Positions 58,532 through 64,000 of a stretch of DNA of 64,000 nt are shown in pieces. Position numbers and translations under genes: made by a program. The notes beneath the pieces were generated by a model, which was given only the letters and a program-made list of their open reading frames with translations, did not search any database and was not told where the DNA came from. This DNA is from Picochlorum sp. SENEW3 (taxonomy: Eukaryota), in contig CP120453.1 of assembly GCA_034226945.1 (NCBI GenBank), positions 310,001 to 374,000 of the forward strand, in the 5' to 3' direction. Position 1 is the first letter of the stretch, and each line of letters begins with the position of its first letter.

Positions 58532-61333
58532 ATGAGCTGGCAATGTCGTGGTAGTGCACCTGCATTTCTGACATGCAACTGTGCTGCTAGAGTCTCGTTT
58601 CGAGAGAGGGCCAATCCACTGCGTCAATTTCATCATTTTGACATCAAGAGGAGTTTATCTGGTGGATATCATGGGCCGGAAACCGCCAATAGCTCGCTTT
58701 CGAACGAGGAGCTTTACAAAACAGTGCTTGGAGATGCTTTGCACGACAGCATTCGAGAGGTATGGCAGGCATACCGGGCTTTTCGTCTCTCACAGGACCA
58801 AGACGTTGAGGTACATCAGGTCAAGTCCATGTTAAGGGATTTTCTAGGGACAGCTTTGGAGGAATTTGGTGATCGACAAGAGGATTTGCAACAATTGTCG
58901 TGGGCGGATGTGGTCAAACTGTTTTGGCTTTCTGTGCACGCAGAACTCGGACAGATCCAGCTAGATCTCTTTCTTAGTACATTGATCCCTGTTGTGCGGG
59001 ATAAAGTAGATACAGGGGAGCGTTTGTCGCACAGATTGTCTCTTTCACTGCTGATGGCAAGCCTGAGGCTTGATGCCATAGAAGACGTGATGAGCCTGGT
59101 GTCATTCGAGTATAGATCTTTGAATACGGACGATATTCTTCGTCTTTGCTACATCTATGCTCAATCGAACCAGTATGAGAGTACTGATGCTCTCGGTAAG
59201 GAATTGTCTCGCAGAATCTCCTCAAATTTGCTGGAGGAAATTCGAGCTGTGGAATTTCAGGACTTCCTGGACCGTGTTCCCAAAATCAAGTGGAATCCTT
59301 CGATTAGAGAGAAAAAGGAAATATATAGGAAAGCAGAAGGATGTAGGACTCACCTGACGGCATCCAACATTGCCAGCTTGGTTCAACTGCTGAACAGGCC
59401 TCCATATTTGTCTGCAGAGGACATGCAGCAGGTTTCATCCCTCGTGTCGTATAGACTGCATCTATGCAGTATGAAAGAGCTGGGAATTATTGCAAAGACT
59501 TTGAGCCGTTTTCATGAGAATAGTCCTCGTCATTGGACTGCCATCATGTTTGATGACATTGCAGCACAAGCTACAACATGTGTTGATAGTGCCGATCCAA
59601 AAGATGTCGTCAGGCTGATTCAAGCATTTCAAAATGCTCAAATAAAACCAGAGGGTTTATTGGATGTATTGGACATATGGGCGGACAAAAGACTGGCGTC
59701 CATGAATGCGCAAGGTATCAGTTTGGCCATGGCTCATTTTGCTAGGATTGGTGAAGCATCTCAGAGGTTGTTACACACAGCGGTCACGGTCGCTGAATCC
59801 ACAATGGATCAGATGTCCTCATCAGACGCTTCGAGATTAATTTGGGCATTTGCGAGGCTGGAGTATTATCCTGGAGACAGATTGCTGCAAGAAGGGATCC
59901 AAATTTTGCAGTCTTCAACAACAGCGACAGACTTTAGCGACAGAGATACAGCAAACCTTTTCTGGGGCATTGTGAAACTTGGAAAATACCCTTCTGCGAC
60001 TGAGCATTCAAACATCGCTTCAAACTTGTATAGGACCCCAGGAAAACTTAGTGGACAATCTGCTGCACTTTTGCTGTGGTCATTCGCCTCCTCTCAGGAT
60101 GCCACTGGAAATCCTACTGCAGGGCAGAAATTTTACAGCACAATATATAGGCTGGGAATGGAAGTTTATCGGGACATCAATCAGGTAGATTCGCAGTCCA
60201 TCTCAATGACTGCATGGAGTTTGGGGGTTTTGAAGGTTCCTCATAAAGAGTTTGTATCAAGTCTGGATCAACTTGTGCTATCTAATCGGCTCAATTCTTT
60301 TGAACCACAGCATGTCTCTAATTTGTTGTGGGGTCTCGCAAAGAGTGGGGCGCATCCTAGTAAAGAATGTTTGGACAGCATCCTACAGGTGAGAATAATA
60401 ATACATATCTGCATTTGATGACCACCTCTGACATGATTTGTACGTGTGCAGGTTTTGTCGGGAAACTTGCATGCATTCTCTCCGCAAGAAATATTCAATA
60501 TATGTTGGAGCTATGCCACTCTAGGAGTCGCTGCACCCCCAATCGTCCCTGAAATAGTCCTTGAGCTCGAGATTCGTGGAACAGAATTCGAGGGGCTGGA
60601 ATTGTCTGGGCTTGCATGGTCACTGAGCAGACTGCTCCGCTTGCAACATATCCAGGACGGCTATTACAATGTCGATGAGTTGCCGAAAAGGATTGTTCAC
60701 GTCGTTGAGCAAGAGTTGCCAAAGCATATGACCAGTCTTGAAGCGAGCCAGGTTGCCATGGCTGTGGTTGGCCTTGGTAGGTTATCAGAGATGGACAAGA
60801 CAATTAATATAAATCCCTCGCTGATCGAGTATTCTCTTGATACATTCCACAAAAATATCGTAGATGATAATTTCAGCATCGGTTCGGTAAATACTGTACT
60901 GGAAGGCCTCCAAATACTTGGTAGACAGCTCCCACCTGCCCTGCATGCAGCCTTGAGAAGCAACATTACTGTTTCTACACTGTCACAGACACGGATCTGG
61001 GAGACCTGTGACTTATGTTACAACACATGCGCGTGCAATGTGACGGATGTATCTCTAGAGATATTGGCATTCATTGATGAGCAAATTGCAGATAACCAGA
61101 GGATTACACCAAGAGCATCCATCATGTTGCTCCACACAATGTGCCAGTTGGACTCGTATCCCACGGCCGCTGTATTTCAAACGACATCGAAACTCGCGTC
61201 CCTGTCTCCCAACTATAATTTAAGTGATAAATGGCTTTCGGTACTGGCTCAGACAAGGAAAAAACTCCCTATGCATATCAAACACATGCTTGAATTGCAT
61301 CCAGAGTGGGAAGAAAAATTGCAAAACCTGTGA
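58532..61333 (+). CDS. Octotricopeptide-repeat (OPR/FAST-like) organellar RNA-binding protein
   Basis: Intron 60389-60451. About 38-aa repeats such as MNAQGISLAMAHFAR, MSSSDASRLIWAFARL, FEPQHVSNLLWGLAK and FSPQEIFNICWSYATL. Confidence 0.8.
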
Positions 61334-61351
61334 ATCTCATTCAAATGATAT

Positions 61352-62077
61352 TTATTTATTACGCTCTTTCATCCACTTCTTTCTATCTATAATAGGCACT
61401 AAATTCAACCCATACGACTGGAGCAGCTTGATCAACCATGCGAGCTCTTCCAAAGCCTTCTCATGGCCATCATCTGGATGGATCTCAACCCATGCCTCCA
61501 CCACCTGCGTGCCTGATCCATCACAACACTCTCCCTTTGATACCGCACCATCCTCTGTTTCTTGTCCTGTATATAAAGTGTATACTATCGTTTGCACTCG
61601 AGCTCCACGAGGCGATATGATATCGCTGGCAACCCCATCCTTGACAAGATGATACTGAACCGTATACCCCAAGTCTCTCCAGGCGCTTGGAGACATTTCT
61701 CTACCTTTTCCTTCGCTCGGCATGGGTACATGTTTCGACAGTCTCACAGTCGCGCAGAGACTATCAAGAACCTTGTCCCCCCAAGGTGGCTTTGAAAATT
61801 GGGAAGCGACCCACCTACAGAATGACAGGCGTGATGAGTCCTTCAGACAAGGCAACCCCCATTGCAGTCAGTCGTACCTCGTGCCTTCCGCATATACGCC
61901 CTTGCGTTCCTTCACACGATATCTATGTACAACGATGTCAGATTTTGTGCCATGTTTCATCGCAATTTCGTGGATTTCAATTGGACAAGGGGTCGCCAAC
62001 CCGGACATGGCAGTGAACAACTCTTTCACGTCACTCACATTCTCAGGCCTCACGATTCCATTCACCCGTGCCTCCAT
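61352..62077 (-). CDS. MED18: Mediator subunit MED18-like
   Basis: Intron 61815-61877. Contains MEARVNG, IEIHEI, ATVR, WRDLGYTVQYHLVKDG and VVEAW. Confidence 0.65.
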
Positions 62078-62251
62078 ATCAAATCAATATTAGTTAATCA
62101 ATTATCATTAATGCGATGCAATCGCATGCGCAGAAGGATTCTTTCATCATTTCTTGCCCATTCCTACATATTTCAAATTCGTTCTTCTTTACCTTTTCAA
62201 GGCACCATGTATGGTGTGCAGTCGTACTCTAAGAATGAGGGTGATACCTGA

Positions 62252-63958
62252 TTACATATGTGTGTGATATGGATTCCTATGGCGTTTGATTTCATCATAT
62301 GACGCAATCAGACACCTCTTAATATCAGCATAACTGACAACCAGCATGGATGTCTCATCCCTGCTCAAAAGCATTACTTTTTCATTCAACCCAGCATCTG
62401 CCTTATTTATTGCATCAATGGTCATTCCCCAATCATTCAATGGTTGTCCTTGGTCATCCACTTGGTGGAAAAGAAAGTCTCTGAACAATTTTAAAAGATA
62501 TCTGTCGCCAGTCTCAGCCCACCGAGTATCACCCATCAATTCTGCCCTGTCCACTACGGTATTCAATTTCATCAGAAATCTCGCAATCCTTCCATTCTCA
62601 ACCTCTTTCGTCATTTCCATCGCTATAGTATCAACAGATGATTGATTCGAGCCGAGCTCATCGAGCAGCCTTGGTCCAAGTGCTGAGGCAACATTTCTCC
62701 AGCTTTGAAACCCACCTTTATGGGATGCAATGAGCCCAGCAACGATATGACACAGCTCTCTAGAGTACGAAACAATCATCTGATCCAAGCTAGGTCGTTC
62801 ATTTTTCGCAGCACAGGCCAACAAGAGGATCAAGGATCCCAGCGCAGACAGATCAAGCAACTGTGCTGCCTGCACATCAACTGGCCCTTGCTGCCCGACT
62901 AGGACATCTGCGACACCTAAAAATCCAAACCGAATTCTATCAGGAGAGCATAAAAGTATTTTCGATGGATGCATGGCCACCGGGCCGACATATAATCCAG
63001 CAGAGTGGATTGCTTTCAATGCACAAACCATTTGCACCAGATACGACCATATCATCTCCTCAGACAGTTCAGGCTTTTCCTCCTCAACACCACCATCCTT
63101 CAGTGGATTAATGTACAGTTGCTCAAGCGTGCACGCCCCTGGGTGATAGTCCGAACTGATAAACATGGATGGAGTGTCCATGAACTCCTCTGATACAAAT
63201 GCCTCTCTCATCCCCACAATATTCGGATGATTTGCTATAGTGCTCCAGGTATCAATAGCCTTTTTAGCCCGCTCTAAAAGCTCAGTGGTTGGAACAAGAT
63301 GTCGGCCATCGAATCGCCTCAACATGTACGCCGCCCCATCACCATGGTGAACTGCCTTCATGGCAAGCATTGGAACAGACGCAACACACGAAGGCTGCTG
63401 CATCGACGTCCCAAAATTCTCCAACGGACATATTGAATGATACGATTGAATGGTCTCTGGAATAGATAACGAAGTCCTAGTCTCTTCATCCAAGTGAGAC
63501 ATGCACAGATAATTATGTTGCTGTACTGTCTGAACCAGAGTCTCTGAAGCAAACTGACCCACCAACTGCTTCACACCCTTGTCCACCATAAAGGTGGATA
63601 TCAAAGGGCGATGTACACCCGGGCCTTGTGGTCCCCTACCTCGCCCTCGACCCCTACCTCTCGACCCCCGCCTTCCACCTCGACCAACACTCTGCTGGTG
63701 ATGATAGGAACCCCGTTGCACCTGTGCACGCGCATGTCCCTCTTTAGAACCGAGCATTGATGACGAACCTCCTGCATGATATCCCCCGGTATCGTGACCG
63801 AATGATCGTCGCTGTGTGCTTCCACCCGTCGTCTCGCCGAAAGGCTGAACAGCCCGAAACATGGCTGTCGCCTGATCCACCATACCAGAGGCACTAGGCC
63901 CCCCTGTTGAAGATGAGGATATTCCCAACGTATCGTCCCCATCTATTAACCCATCCAT
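62252..63958 (-). CDS. PAN3: PAN2-PAN3 deadenylase subunit PAN3 (pseudokinase plus knob domain); extra 5' exons beyond the window are possible
   Basis: Contains YHSICPLE, HPNIVGMREAF, DYHPGACTL, KEVENGRIARFLMKL and WAETGDRYLLKLFRDFLFHQVD. Confidence 0.95.
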   Translation of the reverse strand: MDGLIDGDDTLGISSSSTGGPSASGMVDQATAMFRAVQPFGETTGGSTQRRSFGHDTGGYHAGGSSSMLGSKEGHARAQVQRGSYHHQQSVGRGGRRGSRGRGRGRGRGPQGPGVHRPLISTFMVDKGVKQLVGQFASETLVQTVQQHNYLCMSHLDEETRTSLSIPETIQSYHSICPLENFGTSMQQPSCVASVPMLAMKAVHHGDGAAYMLRRFDGRHLVPTTELLERAKKAIDTWSTIANHPNIVGMREAFVSEEFMDTPSMFISSDYHPGACTLEQLYINPLKDGGVEEEKPELSEEMIWSYLVQMVCALKAIHSAGLYVGPVAMHPSKILLCSPDRIRFGFLGVADVLVGQQGPVDVQAAQLLDLSALGSLILLLACAAKNERPSLDQMIVSYSRELCHIVAGLIASHKGGFQSWRNVASALGPRLLDELGSNQSSVDTIAMEMTKEVENGRIARFLMKLNTVVDRAELMGDTRWAETGDRYLLKLFRDFLFHQVDDQGQPLNDWGMTIDAINKADAGLNEKVMLLSRDETSMLVVSYADIKRCLIASYDEIKRHRNPYHTHM

Positions 63959-64000
63959 ATCAATGCAGCTGCGTCCCTGTCGCGGAGACAGCTAGTGGCA

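Overview
This is nuclear DNA of a very compact eukaryote, most likely a trebouxiophyte green alga (Picochlorum-like; this is an inference). The evidence is about 42 protein-coding genes in 64 kb (roughly one per 1.5 kb), short GT-AG introns (mostly 60-120 nt), many plastid- or mitochondrion-targeted proteins, and the chlorophyte poly(A) signal TGTAA after many stop codons. Gene models were spliced by hand. They are mostly housekeeping genes: HslU, CYP59, a HAT-repeat protein, organellar AspRS, mitoribosomal S18, HisG, RRP6, RUVBL1, PDCD4/MA3, AP-1 sigma, eIF3m, ATAD1/Msp1, Rab8, DUF4346, ARMC8, Expp1, CWC27, IBA57, Fe-SOD, Pumilio, PTPA, LIN9/ALY, Nudix, NUP50, Tim17, the AHAS small subunit, DUO3/GON4L, a WNK-like kinase, CSN5, FKBP19, CDC14, an OPR protein, MED18 and PAN3. 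I found no tRNA, rRNA, recognisable snRNA, CRISPR array or transposon, and no novel system can be claimed with confidence. The best leads are non-coding. (1) Clusters of back-to-back palindromes or hairpins occur in several promoter gaps. Two of them lie upstream of feedback-controlled amino-acid biosynthesis genes (HisG and the AHAS small subunit), each spanned by an out-of-frame uORF that overlaps the start codon. (2) Head-to-tail gene gaps of only 31-95 bp suggest polycistronic or overlapping transcripts. (3) Some convergent genes carry their poly(A) signals inside each other's CDS. (4) A candidate structured ncRNA sits near 58.2 kb. Protein-level oddities include a probable WNK pseudokinase, a PUF protein with an altered recognition code, and an orphan Cys-rich mini-ORF.
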